From a bacterium (GTDB taxonomy: Bacteria > Patescibacteriota > UBA1384 > JAGGWG01): a stretch of 64,000 nt of DNA. The stretch spans positions 1,110 through 65,109 of the forward strand of contig JAGGWG010000020.1 of assembly GCA_021157605.1 (NCBI GenBank). Reading direction: 5' to 3'. The notes beneath the pieces are model-generated. The model had not been told where the DNA came from. It made no database searches and saw only the letters and a list, made by a program, of their open reading frames with translations. Position numbers and translations under genes: made by a program. This document shows, in pieces, positions 46,544 through 57,390 of this stretch (its first letter is position 1; every line of letters starts with the position of its first letter).

Positions 46544-49321
46544 ATGCCGCGCAAAAATAAAAAACCCTCTTTTTTTCTCCCTCAAGCTTTAAAAACAAAG
46601 TTATCGCGCCGAAGATTAAAAAAACTTTGGCGTAATAAAAAGTTTAAAAAAGCTTTTATTTTTACCCTTATAGGTTTAGGAATTATATTTGTGGGCACTA
46701 TTGCCTGGTTCTCAAAGGACCTCCCTACCCCAAGCAAAATAAAGCAATGGCGCCCTGCTCTATCTACAAAAATTTTGGATCGCAATGGCAAACTATTATA
46801 TGAGGTTCACGGCGAAGAAAAACGTACTTGGACTGAAATCAAAGACATCCCTGAAAATATGCAGAAAGCTACTATTGCCGCTGAAGACAAAGAGTTTTAC
46901 CACCACTTTGGCATTAACCTCAAAGGTTTAACCAGAGCTTTCTTGAGAGATGTATTGCATCGTTCCTATAAAGAAGGAGGATCAAGCATCACTCAGCAGT
47001 TTGTAAAAAACGCCCTTCTGACCCCCAAACGCACCCTAACACGCAAAATTAAAGAAGCTATTCTCTCCATTGAACTTGAGGTTCTTTATTCTAAAGAGCA
47101 GATTTTAGAGATGTACCTTAATACTATCCCTTATGGTTCCAATGCTTATGGCGTGGAAGCCGCTGCTCAAACTTTTTTTGGTAAATCAGCAAAAGATCTT
47201 AATCTGGCTGAGTGCGCTCTTTTGGCTTCTTTGCCTAAGGCACCTACTTACTACTCTCCTTACGGATCTCATCTCGACTCTCTAATGGCACGTAAAAACT
47301 ATGTACTGGACCAAATGGTTGACATCCAAGCCATATCCCCTGAAGAAGCAGAAAAAGCCAAAAAGACAAAAATTAGTTTTAAGCCTTACCGGGAACAAAT
47401 CTTCGCCCCCCACTTTGTTATGTGGATTAAAGAACAACTAGCACAGAAATATGGGCAAAAGATTTTAGAAACAGGAGGACTTAAGGTATATACCACCTTA
47501 AATTGGGAAATACAACAAGCTGCTGAAGAAGCGGTTTATGAAGGAGCAGAAAGAAATAAAAACCGCTTTGGCGGCGAAAATGCTTCTTTAGTGGCAATTG
47601 ACCCCAAAAGCGGAGAAGTTTTGGCAATGGTCGGCAGTAAAAACTATTTTGAGGAAGAGATACAGGGAAGAGTAAATGTTGCTTTAAGACCCAGACAACC
47701 CGGTTCTTCTTTTAAACCTATAGTTTATGCCACCTTACTTAAAGGTCAGTGGGCTCCGGGCTACACTCTTTTTGATTTAGAAACCGATTTTGGCGGCGGT
47801 TATAAGCCGCATAATTATGATCATAATCAATATGGCCCAGTAACAATCCGCTTTGCTTTAGCTAACTCCCTTAACATCTCTGCTGTTAAAGCCCTATATT
47901 TAGCCGGATTAGACAATGTTTTAGCCACAGCTAAAGATTTAGGTATCACTACTCTTACAGAACCAGAAAGGTACGGGCTTTCTTTAGTTTTGGGCGGAGG
48001 CGAAGTTAAGCTTTTAGAGCTTACTGGCGCTTACACCGCTTTTGCCCAAAAAGGCCGTTTTGCCCAACCTTTTGGAATTATCAAAGTTTTAGACAGCTCA
48101 GAAAAAGTTTTAGAGGAAAACAAACCACAGGTAAAACAAGTACTGCCTGAAGAGATAGCTTATGAAATTTGGGATATTCTTTCAGATACAACAGCCCGCT
48201 CTGCTGTATTTGGCTGGTCAAAATATATGAGCCTTCCCGACAGAAAAGTGGCGCTTAAAACCGGCACTACTGACGATTTTCGTGATGCCTGGACCATTGG
48301 TTTTGTGCCCAATTTAGTGGCTGGTGTCTGGGCAGGAAATAGTGACAATCGCCCTATGTATAATGCCCCGGGATCAATGGCAGCAGCGCCAATCTGGCAT
48401 AGTTTTATGACAAAAGTTAAGGACAAATTTCCTATTGAAGAATACAAGCAGCCTGAAGGAATCAGTAAAACTTCAATTGCTTGGGTTTCTAATAAAAAAC
48501 CAACAGGAGACTCTCCTAAAATAATCTGGGATATTTTTGCTCCGTGGCAATTGCCCAAAGAATGGGACGATATCTTTATAAAAAAGAAAATCTGCAAACT
48601 GAATGGCTTGCTGGCAAATGACGACCACCCTGAAGAACTAACTGAAGAAAAGACATTCGCTAATGTCCATTCAGAGGTACCTGATAATCCGAACTGGGAA
48701 GCTCCGGTTTTAGCTTGGGCCAAAGCCAATGGCTATACCAACTATCCCCCCCAAGAGTACTGCTCAGAGCACTCAAATAAACAGCGGCCCGAAATAACCT
48801 TTAATTCCCCTAAAGACAAATCAACTGTGGCTGGCGAGATCTCTGTTGAAGTACAAATAAGCTCTGTTTGGGGACTGAAAACTTTGAGTTTTTATTTAGA
48901 CGGCACACAAATTAAAAAATTTACCTCTCCCCCATTTAGCTTCAGCTTACAAACGTCTCTCTATAAAAATGGAGAGCATACATTAAAAGCTAAAGCTGTA
49001 GACGAATTGGGGTTGAGTAGTGAAAAAACTATCAATCTAAATTTTAACAACACTACTCCAGAAGTTCTCAATCTTAATGCTTCTCTCTACAATACAAACA
49101 GCGTGCTTTTAAAATGGGGCAACCCTGCAAATATCTCTTATCTAAAAATCTATCGTTCAATTTATCCGGAAAACTTAGGTGTACTAATTAAAGACAACTA
49201 CCACGGTGAAAGTTATTTAGATGCTTCCCTGTCTGCAAACACCTACTACTTTACTGTTCGCACTGTAAACAGCAAAGGAGAGGAAAGTGTGGGTAAAAGA
49301 GTGAGTATTACTATTCCTTAG
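46544..49321 (+). CDS. Class A penicillin-binding protein (glycosyltransferase GT51 + transpeptidase) with extra C-terminal Ig/FN3-like domains
   Basis: N-terminal TM; GT51 motifs (AAEDKEFYHHFGIN, GSSITQQFVKN); transpeptidase SxxK/SxN/KTG(T) (SFKP, KTGTT); a ~200-aa beta-rich C-terminal extension. Confidence 0.85.
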   Translation: MPRKNKKPSFFLPQALKTKLSRRRLKKLWRNKKFKKAFIFTLIGLGIIFVGTIAWFSKDLPTPSKIKQWRPALSTKILDRNGKLLYEVHGEEKRTWTEIKDIPENMQKATIAAEDKEFYHHFGINLKGLTRAFLRDVLHRSYKEGGSSITQQFVKNALLTPKRTLTRKIKEAILSIELEVLYSKEQILEMYLNTIPYGSNAYGVEAAAQTFFGKSAKDLNLAECALLASLPKAPTYYSPYGSHLDSLMARKNYVLDQMVDIQAISPEEAEKAKKTKISFKPYREQIFAPHFVMWIKEQLAQKYGQKILETGGLKVYTTLNWEIQQAAEEAVYEGAERNKNRFGGENASLVAIDPKSGEVLAMVGSKNYFEEEIQGRVNVALRPRQPGSSFKPIVYATLLKGQWAPGYTLFDLETDFGGGYKPHNYDHNQYGPVTIRFALANSLNISAVKALYLAGLDNVLATAKDLGITTLTEPERYGLSLVLGGGEVKLLELTGAYTAFAQKGRFAQPFGIIKVLDSSEKVLEENKPQVKQVLPEEIAYEIWDILSDTTARSAVFGWSKYMSLPDRKVALKTGTTDDFRDAWTIGFVPNLVAGVWAGNSDNRPMYNAPGSMAAAPIWHSFMTKVKDKFPIEEYKQPEGISKTSIAWVSNKKPTGDSPKIIWDIFAPWQLPKEWDDIFIKKKICKLNGLLANDDHPEELTEEKTFANVHSEVPDNPNWEAPVLAWAKANGYTNYPPQEYCSEHSNKQRPEITFNSPKDKSTVAGEISVEVQISSVWGLKTLSFYLDGTQIKKFTSPPFSFSLQTSLYKNGEHTLKAKAVDELGLSSEKTINLNFNNTTPEVLNLNASLYNTNSVLLKWGNPANISYLKIYRSIYPENLGVLIKDNYHGESYLDASLSANTYYFTVRTVNSKGEESVGKRVSITIP

Positions 49322-50676
49322 AAACCTAATTTTTTTATCACTTCTTTTAAATCCTTAACAGGAATAATTTTAAGTTTCTTTGAAGCAAAAATCTTTTTTG
49401 ATTCTGGAACTATAACTTTTTTAAAACCTAATTTTTTAGCTTCTTTTAGCCGTAACTGATGGCCAACAACTTCTTTGACCTCACCTGATAAGGATACCTC
49501 GCCCCAAAAGGCAGAGTAAGGATCTATTTTTTTGTCTTTTAAAGAAGAAATCAAGGCGACAGCTACAGCTAAATCTCCGGCTGGCTCTTTTAGATTAAGA
49601 CCTCCGGAAACTTTAACAAAAACGTCTTTGTCAAAAAAACGCAGACGCAGACGTTTTTCTAAAACCGCTAAAATCAAAAGCAGGCGGTTAAGTTCAATAC
49701 CAATAGCAGTGCGCTTGGGATAAGGAGAAAAACTCTTGGTAGTTAAAGCCTCAATAGTAACAAATAAAGGCCTTGTCCCTTCCAAAACACAAGCCTGTAC
49801 ACTACCAGAACTTTTGGCAAAAGAAAGAAATATTTGTGACGGATTTTTCACCGGCAAAAGACCCTCTTTTTTCATTTCAAAAACCCCTACCTCAGAAACC
49901 GGACCGAAGCGGTTTTTGACTGAACGCAATAGGCGATAAAAACCATACCTTTCCCCCTCTAAATAGAGCACAACATCTACCATATGCTCTACTGTTTTTG
50001 GTCCAGCTACTACACCCTCTTTAGTAACATGCCCAATAAGCAAAACTGCTATCTTCTCTTCCTTAGCAAACTGCATTAACTTAAGAGTAACCGCTTTTAC
50101 TTGAGGAATTGAACCAGCAGAAGCATCAATTGTTTCATCTGTAAGAGTTTGCAAAGAATCAACAATAAGAAGTTTGGGTCTTCTGTTTTTAGCTTCTTCT
50201 AAAACTTGACTAAGAGAGTTGGTGGCTAAAAAGTCTGGTTTTTTCTTTCCTTTTATTCTCTGCCAACGCTCAGAAACCTGAAACAGGTTTTCTTCACCAG
50301 AAACATAAAAAGAATCAACCAGTCCAGCAATTTGTAAAGCTAAAGTTGACTTCCCGACTCCCGGATCACCTCCCAACAGCACTAACGCCCCTTCCACCAA
50401 ACCGCCCCCCAACACTCTGTCCAGCTCAGAAATACCAGAAAAAATACGCTTAAACCCTGCTTTTTTCAATTTTTCTGTTTTGGCTGGCAAAAACTTTTTT
50501 TTCTCTCGGATTTTTCCACCCAAATGTAGCTCCTTAAAGCTATTCCACTGACCGCAGTGAGGACATTTTCCCAACCATTTAGCGGATTCAAAACCGCAAT
50601 TAGAACAAACATACACTGAAGCTACCATTAACTCCAGTATAAACAAAATAACAAAACCAACAAGCGAAAAACTCAA
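49318..50676 (-). CDS. radA: DNA repair protein RadA (Sms)
   Basis: N-terminal C4 zinc finger CSNCGFES...CPHCGQW, RecA-like Walker A GGDPGVGKSTL, and a Lon-protease-like C-terminal domain. Confidence 0.9.
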   Translation of the reverse strand: MSFSLVGFVILFILELMVASVYVCSNCGFESAKWLGKCPHCGQWNSFKELHLGGKIREKKKFLPAKTEKLKKAGFKRIFSGISELDRVLGGGLVEGALVLLGGDPGVGKSTLALQIAGLVDSFYVSGEENLFQVSERWQRIKGKKKPDFLATNSLSQVLEEAKNRRPKLLIVDSLQTLTDETIDASAGSIPQVKAVTLKLMQFAKEEKIAVLLIGHVTKEGVVAGPKTVEHMVDVVLYLEGERYGFYRLLRSVKNRFGPVSEVGVFEMKKEGLLPVKNPSQIFLSFAKSSGSVQACVLEGTRPLFVTIEALTTKSFSPYPKRTAIGIELNRLLLILAVLEKRLRLRFFDKDVFVKVSGGLNLKEPAGDLAVAVALISSLKDKKIDPYSAFWGEVSLSGEVKEVVGHQLRLKEAKKLGFKKVIVPESKKIFASKKLKIIPVKDLKEVIKKLGF

Positions 50677-52361
50677 GAACCAATTTTCAAATCTTGAATC
50701 TTTAACTCTACCTTTGGACGACCAGCATAGTTGTCACAAATAAGAGAATAAACTAAATCTACTTTTTGCCCCCTACTTAAATGATTATTCAGGTCTCCTC
50801 CGTTAAAATAAACAGCCCGCATAACCTGACCCCCTTCCTGTAGAAAAATAGAAAGATGCCTGTTGCCATTCCCCATTGTTTTTAAATCCACAACCTCTGC
50901 TTCTTGGGTTAAAAATAAAGGTTTAGGATTACCCATACCAAAAGGTTCAAAATCCTGCATTAACTGCCAAAAACTAAAATCAATATCCTTAAAACTCAAT
51001 ATAGCGTCAATCTCTAACACCGGTAGCAAATCTTCTTCTTTTATTTTCTCTTCTGCCAATTGCAACAGCTTTTCGTAAAATTCCTCAACCTTATCCAACG
51101 CCAACTCTACACCAGCAGCTTTGGCATGACCGCCACCTTTGATAATAAAATCTTTAACTTCAGCCAAAGCCTCAACCAAATGAAAACCATCAATAGAACG
51201 TGCTGATCCTCTTGCTGTTTTTTCTCCTCTCTGTAAAACAAAAACCGGACGGTTAAAAGTTTCTTTTAGTTTGGAAGCTATTAAACCAACTAAACCAGAA
51301 GGCCATTCTTTATCTTGCACTAAAATAATCTTATGGCGGTGAAGTTTATTTTTTTCAATCTGCTTCAAAGCCTCTTTAACAAACCTTTCTGTCTGGCGCT
51401 GACGTTCACGATTCACTCCGTCTAAAATCTGGGCTAAACGACAAGCCTCCTTTCTGTCTTGAGTAGTCAAAAGTTTAAAAGAAGTTTGGGGATTGTAAAT
51501 TCTTCCCGGAGCATTAATTCTGGGAGCAAGAATAAAACCTACTCGATAAGCATCAATAGTATCAGATTCCAACCCTGATATCTTGATTAGCTCCTGCAAC
51601 CCTACCCTTTTTGTCTTTTGCAACACCCTAAGACCAAATTTAGCCAAAACCCTGTTTTCAGAAATTAAAGGAACCATATCAAAAATCACTGAAATTGCCA
51701 TTAAATCTAAAGACCAACGCAAAAAATCATTACTAATCCTTTTGTCCATCCTGGAAATACCCTGAATCAACTTAAAAGCAACAGCCGCTCCAGAAAGCTC
51801 TCTAAAAGGGTACTTTTCGTCTTTTCTCTTGGGATCAATTACTGCCAAAGCTTGAGGCAAAACTCTGCCGGTCTCATGATGATCACAGATTATAACATCT
51901 ATACCTAATTTTTTTGCCAAACGGCAAGCTTTTAAGTCTTTAATACCAGCATCTACAACTACTATTAATTTTACCCCTTTGCTAGAAAAATAGTTAACCG
52001 CTTGAGGAGAAAAACCATAACCCTCAGAACGGGAAGGAATATAGACCAAAGTCTTAAGCCCTAATTTTTTAAAAGCTTCAGATAAAAAAGCGGCTCCAGG
52101 TATACCATCAGCATCATAATCACCAAAAATACCGACCTTTTCCTTGTTTTTGGAAGCTTGAATAATACGTTTTGCTGCTTTTTCTAAATCACGAAGCCTA
52201 AAAGGGTCAAATAAATCTTTTTTGGTATCTGGCTGCAAAAAAGACTGCACCTCCTTTTCAACCTTTTTCAAAGAAGAAATAACTCCCCGATTGTATAAAA
52301 GTTGAACTTTTAGGTCATTACTAACTTTAGGGAAAATTCGCCACTTAAACTTTGATTTCAT
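50673..52361 (-). CDS. recJ: Single-stranded-DNA-specific exonuclease RecJ
   Basis: DHH motifs (IFGDYDADGI, ICDHHE) and a DHHA1 domain; 562 aa. Confidence 0.85.
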   Translation of the reverse strand: MKSKFKWRIFPKVSNDLKVQLLYNRGVISSLKKVEKEVQSFLQPDTKKDLFDPFRLRDLEKAAKRIIQASKNKEKVGIFGDYDADGIPGAAFLSEAFKKLGLKTLVYIPSRSEGYGFSPQAVNYFSSKGVKLIVVVDAGIKDLKACRLAKKLGIDVIICDHHETGRVLPQALAVIDPKRKDEKYPFRELSGAAVAFKLIQGISRMDKRISNDFLRWSLDLMAISVIFDMVPLISENRVLAKFGLRVLQKTKRVGLQELIKISGLESDTIDAYRVGFILAPRINAPGRIYNPQTSFKLLTTQDRKEACRLAQILDGVNRERQRQTERFVKEALKQIEKNKLHRHKIILVQDKEWPSGLVGLIASKLKETFNRPVFVLQRGEKTARGSARSIDGFHLVEALAEVKDFIIKGGGHAKAAGVELALDKVEEFYEKLLQLAEEKIKEEDLLPVLEIDAILSFKDIDFSFWQLMQDFEPFGMGNPKPLFLTQEAEVVDLKTMGNGNRHLSIFLQEGGQVMRAVYFNGGDLNNHLSRGQKVDLVYSLICDNYAGRPKVELKIQDLKIGS

Positions 52362-52365
52362 CGTT

Positions 52366-53118
52366 CTATTTTACAAAAACCCGATGAGAAAAGCGAAGAT
52401 CAATATATTCAGTAGGAGCAATCATCTCTTTAGCCCTGATAAATTGAGATAACATCTCCTGAGGAGAACGCGTCGGAGAAACAATCAAGGCTATGCCATT
52501 ATCAGTAAAAGCCCAAAGATCAAACAAAGACTCATTAATTTCAAAATGATCTATTTTTATTCCTTTTTCTTTGGCTTCTTTTTGAAAACTTAAAAGAAAC
52601 TCCCCAAAAGAGTAAGGTATAATTTTTCTGCCAATCGCAACAGGCAGATTTTTATTATCCTTAACTCTTAAGAGCTTGCTATTTTTACCCTCTTTAATCA
52701 CCCGCCCCTTTTCTCCAAGCAAAAAAGTTTTTCCTCCTGTTTCCCAATTCATTATTGGAGTTGTCTCCTGAAGCACTATTTTGACTGTGTGAGGCAAACC
52801 TTTGAAAATCAAAACTTCTAAAACTAAAGGGTTTTTACTCAAGATCTGATCTTTAAGATTTTGACCCTGCCAAAGAAAGATATTTTTGCCTAAAGCTTCT
52901 GATTTGGCTATCTCTTCTATTTCCTTTTTTTCCACACCCGCGGTATGCCCTATCTCTATCTCCTTAATAACAAAAACAGGTGAAAGCAGAAAAAGATAGA
53001 ACAAGGCGGAAATAATAGCTACAAAAAAAATAACCAAAAATATCTTTTTCCAAGGTATTTCTGTTTTTTTTGAAGACCTGTAACCGGGAATAACTTTAGG
53101 CATGCGCTGAATGCTCAT
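52366..53118 (-). CDS. ftsQ: Cell division protein FtsQ/DivIB-like (bitopic, POTRA-like)
   Basis: Single N-terminal TM; 250 aa; canonical position downstream of murB in the dcw cluster. Assigned from position and topology. Confidence 0.5.
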   Translation of the reverse strand: MSIQRMPKVIPGYRSSKKTEIPWKKIFLVIFFVAIISALFYLFLLSPVFVIKEIEIGHTAGVEKKEIEEIAKSEALGKNIFLWQGQNLKDQILSKNPLVLEVLIFKGLPHTVKIVLQETTPIMNWETGGKTFLLGEKGRVIKEGKNSKLLRVKDNKNLPVAIGRKIIPYSFGEFLLSFQKEAKEKGIKIDHFEINESLFDLWAFTDNGIALIVSPTRSPQEMLSQFIRAKEMIAPTEYIDLRFSHRVFVK

Positions 53119-53155
53119 CTAAAAAATTAATTAACCAACCTTGTTAGCAAACTTT

Positions 53156-54154
53156 TTACTTTTCTTCTTTAAGTTCAGCTACCTCTATCTCCTCTTCCAG
53201 CATTATAGCAAATTTTTTCCTCACCGCCTCTTTGGCTCGCTCTGCTAATAACAAGTAGTCTTTGCTTTTGCCACCACCCAAATTCACAAAAAAATTAGCG
53301 TGAATTTCAGAAATCTGGATTCTGCCTAAACGTTGACCTTTGAGGCCAGCGCTATCAAGCAGAAATCCAGCTGAAATCCGCCCCTCTCTTTTGGGACCTT
53401 TAAAACCAGCCGGAGCTAAAGGATTTTTAAAAACACAACCCAAAGAAGGCAACCGAGGTTGGCTTTTCTGTCTGATAAGAAAATGAGACTGAATCATTCG
53501 CTTAACCTCAACCATTTGCTTAGGCTCAATCTTTAGCCTGACATTTAAAACCACAGGATAAGAAAGAAAACCGCTTCTTTTCCCTGCTCCCTTAAGCGCA
53601 GAAGAACGATAATTAAGAGCTAATTTTTCTTGCGACCAATAAGACTCATTCCCCTTTTTGTCCAAAACATTTATCCCTAAAAGCACATCTTTAATCTCTT
53701 TAGAAAAGGCACCAGCGTTATTTACCACTGCCCCAGCCAAAGTGCCTGGTATAGTAGCCAAAAACTCCAAACCGCCCTTATTACGCTGGGCTAACTCTTT
53801 AACTAATGACAAAAGAGTGATACCTGAAGGAGCCAAAACTTCATTCTCACTTACCCTTACAGCCTCTTCAGAAGATAAACGATTGTAACGGTTAACTATT
53901 ACCAAACCAGAAAATCCTTCATCTAAAAAAAGAATATTGCTGGCACTACCAACTACTACATGAGGCAGATTTAAAGAACGGGCTATTTTAACCGCTTTTA
54001 TCAACTGCTTTTTATTAAACGCCTTAAAAAGATAACGCGCTCTTCCTCCTAAACGAACAAAACTCAATTTTTTCAAAGGGAAACCACGCTCAATTGGGCC
54101 TAACTTTTGCTTAAGAATAGCTTCAGTTTCGTCTTTGGCGGAAAAGAAAATCAT
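53156..54154 (-). CDS. murB: UDP-N-acetylenolpyruvoylglucosamine reductase
   Basis: FAD-binding N-domain (LSFVRLGGRARYLF...VVGSASNIL) and the MurB C-terminal domain; 332 aa. Confidence 0.85.
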   Translation of the reverse strand: MIFFSAKDETEAILKQKLGPIERGFPLKKLSFVRLGGRARYLFKAFNKKQLIKAVKIARSLNLPHVVVGSASNILFLDEGFSGLVIVNRYNRLSSEEAVRVSENEVLAPSGITLLSLVKELAQRNKGGLEFLATIPGTLAGAVVNNAGAFSKEIKDVLLGINVLDKKGNESYWSQEKLALNYRSSALKGAGKRSGFLSYPVVLNVRLKIEPKQMVEVKRMIQSHFLIRQKSQPRLPSLGCVFKNPLAPAGFKGPKREGRISAGFLLDSAGLKGQRLGRIQISEIHANFFVNLGGGKSKDYLLLAERAKEAVRKKFAIMLEEEIEVAELKEEK

Positions 54155-55152
54155 AATCCCAATACCTCCTTTACTTTAGCTTGGATTTTGGCAAAATTCC
54201 CCCCGTAAGGCAAAAGCACATAAGCCCCATTACGATAACTGCTGTACAACAATCCATCCTTGCGGTTATCAATCACATAATTATTTTTTAGAGAAAAATT
54301 AGGTATTTCTTTAAGAAAAGATATGGTCTGATTATAAGAAATATCAGTTCTCAAATGGGAAGAAAGAATTTTAATAATATGGTAAAGCCTGAAGGGGTTA
54401 AGATAAACCTTATCTTTTAAAAACTTATCTTTGAGTGCCAAAATAACCTGCTGCTGTCTGCGGGAGCGGTCAAAATCAGAATCAGTATACCGAGAACGAA
54501 CATATCTCAAAACCGTTTCCCCATCCAGATGGTGCCAGCCGGCAGTTAGATAAAGATCGACTACAGAATCATTAAAGTTTTTCTCCACTTCAATATCTAA
54601 ACCCCCTAAAGCATCAATTAATTCCCTAAATCCATAAAAATCCATCTTTACATAGTAATTAATAGGAATACCCAAGACAGAAGAAACCAACTCTTTTGCA
54701 TAATCTCCCCCGCCACCATAATACCTGTCTCCACACCAAAACATGGTATTAATTTTATGAAAACCGCATTTCCCCACCTTTAAATAAAGATCTCTGGGCA
54801 AAGAAATCAAATAAGCTTCTCCAGAATCCTTAAGAATCAATACCTGAATGCTATCTACTAAAGCGCCGCCGGGGTGGCCAGCCCCGCCTGACCCTAAAAG
54901 CAAAAAAGAGGTATAACCGGAAAAATCAACACTTGAAGGTATATAAGCGCTTTGGCTTTTATCCTCTTCAGTTTCATAAGAGGCAATGGAACTAACTTTG
55001 GGTTGGAAAATATTATTTTTAGCCTGAGCAAGAAAAAAATAACCATAAGCTAAAAAACCAGTAAAGAGCAAGACTACTGCCAAGGCCACAATCTCCCACC
55101 AAAAAAGCCTAAAGTTGCTCTTTTTGTTTTTGGAAAGATCAAAATTAGGCAT
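54151..55152 (-). CDS. LytR-CpsA-Psr (LCP) family cell-envelope glycopolymer transferase
   Basis: N-terminal TM; the LCP core region LLGSGGAGHPGGALVDSIQVLIL...ISLPRDLY. Confidence 0.7.
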   Translation of the reverse strand: MPNFDLSKNKKSNFRLFWWEIVALAVVLLFTGFLAYGYFFLAQAKNNIFQPKVSSIASYETEEDKSQSAYIPSSVDFSGYTSFLLLGSGGAGHPGGALVDSIQVLILKDSGEAYLISLPRDLYLKVGKCGFHKINTMFWCGDRYYGGGGDYAKELVSSVLGIPINYYVKMDFYGFRELIDALGGLDIEVEKNFNDSVVDLYLTAGWHHLDGETVLRYVRSRYTDSDFDRSRRQQQVILALKDKFLKDKVYLNPFRLYHIIKILSSHLRTDISYNQTISFLKEIPNFSLKNNYVIDNRKDGLLYSSYRNGAYVLLPYGGNFAKIQAKVKEVLGL

Positions 55153-56269
55153 CTTTTTTGTCCTTTAATAAAGCGAGAATCTCCTGGGCTATTCTTTCTG
55201 CTGAATGAGGATAAAAAAGCTGGAAAAGATTATTGCCCATTTTCTCCCTTTCTTCAGGATGGGCGATAAGATAACTTACTGTTTGCCAGAATTTTTTTGG
55301 ATCAAATCGGGACTCAACAAACATCTTTGCCCCTCCCAATGAAGTAGCAAATTTAGCATTAAAGTACTGGTGATTCTGGGCTGCATAAGGATAAGGAATA
55401 AAAAGCACTGCCTTTTTCAAAAAAGCCAGCTCAAATAAAGTATTAGCCCCTGCCCGAGAAATTACCAAATCAGCAGCCGCCAAAAACAAAGGCATTTTAT
55501 AGGAAAAAGCAAAGATGTGATATTTTTTTTGCAAAACTTGAGGAAGTCTGGCTTTGACTTCTTTTGTTTTAATAATCCCCTGTTTACCAGTCAAATGAAC
55601 CACCTGTACTTTTTTCAAAAGATAATCTATATTTTGCCAAACTAGCTCATTTAAAAACATTGCTCCTAAACTGCCGCCAGTAATAACTAATATCGGTTTG
55701 CCATTATCAAGATTAAGCTTACTTAAAATACTTTTGCGATTTTTAATTTTAAAAAAATCTGAACGAATAGGAATGCCAGCATGGAATAACTTAGGACGAA
55801 GACGCTTGGGGTACAAGGAACAAGGAAAAGCCACAGCCATTTTTTTCATAAAACGCAATAGATAGGCATTAGTTTTCCCCATAATGCTGTCCGACTCATG
55901 ACCAATAATAGGGATTTTCAGGCTGTAGGCAGCTAAAACCATAGGAAAACTCACAAACCCTCCTTTGGCAAAAAGAACTTTAACATCCTCTTTTCTCAAT
56001 AACGCTCTTGCTTGACAAATCCCACACCCAATTTTTAAAGGGGTAAATAGATTAGAAAAACTAAAAAAACGGTGCCATTTTCCTGAAGTAATAGAGAAAA
56101 ATTCAAACCCGGCTTTTTTAGCCAACTCCTCTTCTAAAGAATTTTTAAGACCAAAATAAACAATCCTTGCTTTTGGCTCTTTTGCTTTTAGGGCTTTGCC
56201 CACTTCAATTGTAGGCCAAATATGCCCAGCCGTTCCTCCCCCAGTTAAACCAATTGTAATCTTAGCCAT
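55145..56269 (-). CDS. murG: Undecaprenyldiphospho-muramoylpentapeptide beta-N-acetylglucosaminyltransferase
   Basis: ITIGLTGGGTAGHIWP (the GGTGGH-type motif), GT28 fold, 374 aa, and its dcw position. Confidence 0.85.
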   Translation of the reverse strand: MAKITIGLTGGGTAGHIWPTIEVGKALKAKEPKARIVYFGLKNSLEEELAKKAGFEFFSITSGKWHRFFSFSNLFTPLKIGCGICQARALLRKEDVKVLFAKGGFVSFPMVLAAYSLKIPIIGHESDSIMGKTNAYLLRFMKKMAVAFPCSLYPKRLRPKLFHAGIPIRSDFFKIKNRKSILSKLNLDNGKPILVITGGSLGAMFLNELVWQNIDYLLKKVQVVHLTGKQGIIKTKEVKARLPQVLQKKYHIFAFSYKMPLFLAAADLVISRAGANTLFELAFLKKAVLFIPYPYAAQNHQYFNAKFATSLGGAKMFVESRFDPKKFWQTVSYLIAHPEEREKMGNNLFQLFYPHSAERIAQEILALLKDKKDA

Positions 56270-56280
56270 AAAAAATTACC

Positions 56281-57390
56281 CTAAGTTATTATTTCTTTAC
56301 GCTGACGAGATATATTTAACAAAATACCTACAGCAGCAAGAGAAAGCACTAAAGAACTGCCTCCATAACTAATAAAAGGCAAAGGCACACCTGTTAAAGG
56401 CAAAACCCCTATCATCCCGCCTAAATTAATTAAAGCCTGAAGAGTAAACCAGCTGACAATACCCAAAGAAAGAAAACGGCCAAAATCATCTGGAGCTTTT
56501 TTAGCCACAATCCAACCCCGCCAAATCAAAAAAGCAAAAAACAGAATAACAAAACAGCTTCTTAAAAAACCTAACTCCTCAGCAATAACAGCAAAAATTG
56601 AATCTGTATGAGCTTCAGGAAGATAAAAATACTTTTGTCGTGATTGGCCAAATCCTAAACCCCACAAACCTCCTGAACCCACAGCAATAGATATGTTGCG
56701 GGCATGATACCCAATACCTAAAGGATCATTTTCCGGATTTATAAAAGCTAAAAGACGATGCATTCTATAAGGGGAAGAAACGCTTAAAACCACCACTGCC
56801 AAAACACCAACTAAAAGAACTAAGGCAAAATGGCTCCACCTTGCTCCAGCCACAAAAAAAAGAATCAAGCCAATACCCAAAAATATGGTAGCTGTTCCCA
56901 AATCCGGCTCAAGAAGAATTAAAAAACCAATAAGCCCCACTATTAACCAATAAGGTAAAACCCCTTTAGTAAAACTCTCCATTCTTTCTTTATGGGAAGA
57001 AAGCCAGGAAGCTAAATAAATCACAAAAAATACCTTTGCTAATTCTGAAGCCTGGAAATTAATTGGGCCAAAATAAAGCCATCTTTTGGCACCACCAATA
57101 GTAGGAGCAAAAGGCAAAGGCAAAACTACAAGAACCAGCAAAAGAAGAGTTAAAAGCAAAAACCAAACTGAATATTTTTTCCAAAAATGATAATCAATAC
57201 GCTGAATAACAAACCAAAAAACCAAACCTACGCCCAAAGCAATAGCTTGGCGCACAAGATAATGGTAAGGATTGCCAAACCTTTCTAAAGAAATCACTAC
57301 TGAGGCAGAATAAACAAAAACCAAACCTACAACTACCAAAAGAAAAACCACTATACTCAACCAAGGATCTGCCTTTTTAAACCTTGCCAT
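56281..57390 (-). CDS. ftsW: Cell division SEDS protein FtsW
   Basis: SEDS-family TM protein (GYHARNISIAVGSGGLWGLGFGQS) located between murD and murG. Confidence 0.8.
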   Translation of the reverse strand: MARFKKADPWLSIVVFLLVVVGLVFVYSASVVISLERFGNPYHYLVRQAIALGVGLVFWFVIQRIDYHFWKKYSVWFLLLTLLLLVLVVLPLPFAPTIGGAKRWLYFGPINFQASELAKVFFVIYLASWLSSHKERMESFTKGVLPYWLIVGLIGFLILLEPDLGTATIFLGIGLILFFVAGARWSHFALVLLVGVLAVVVLSVSSPYRMHRLLAFINPENDPLGIGYHARNISIAVGSGGLWGLGFGQSRQKYFYLPEAHTDSIFAVIAEELGFLRSCFVILFFAFLIWRGWIVAKKAPDDFGRFLSLGIVSWFTLQALINLGGMIGVLPLTGVPLPFISYGGSSLVLSLAAVGILLNISRQRKEIIT

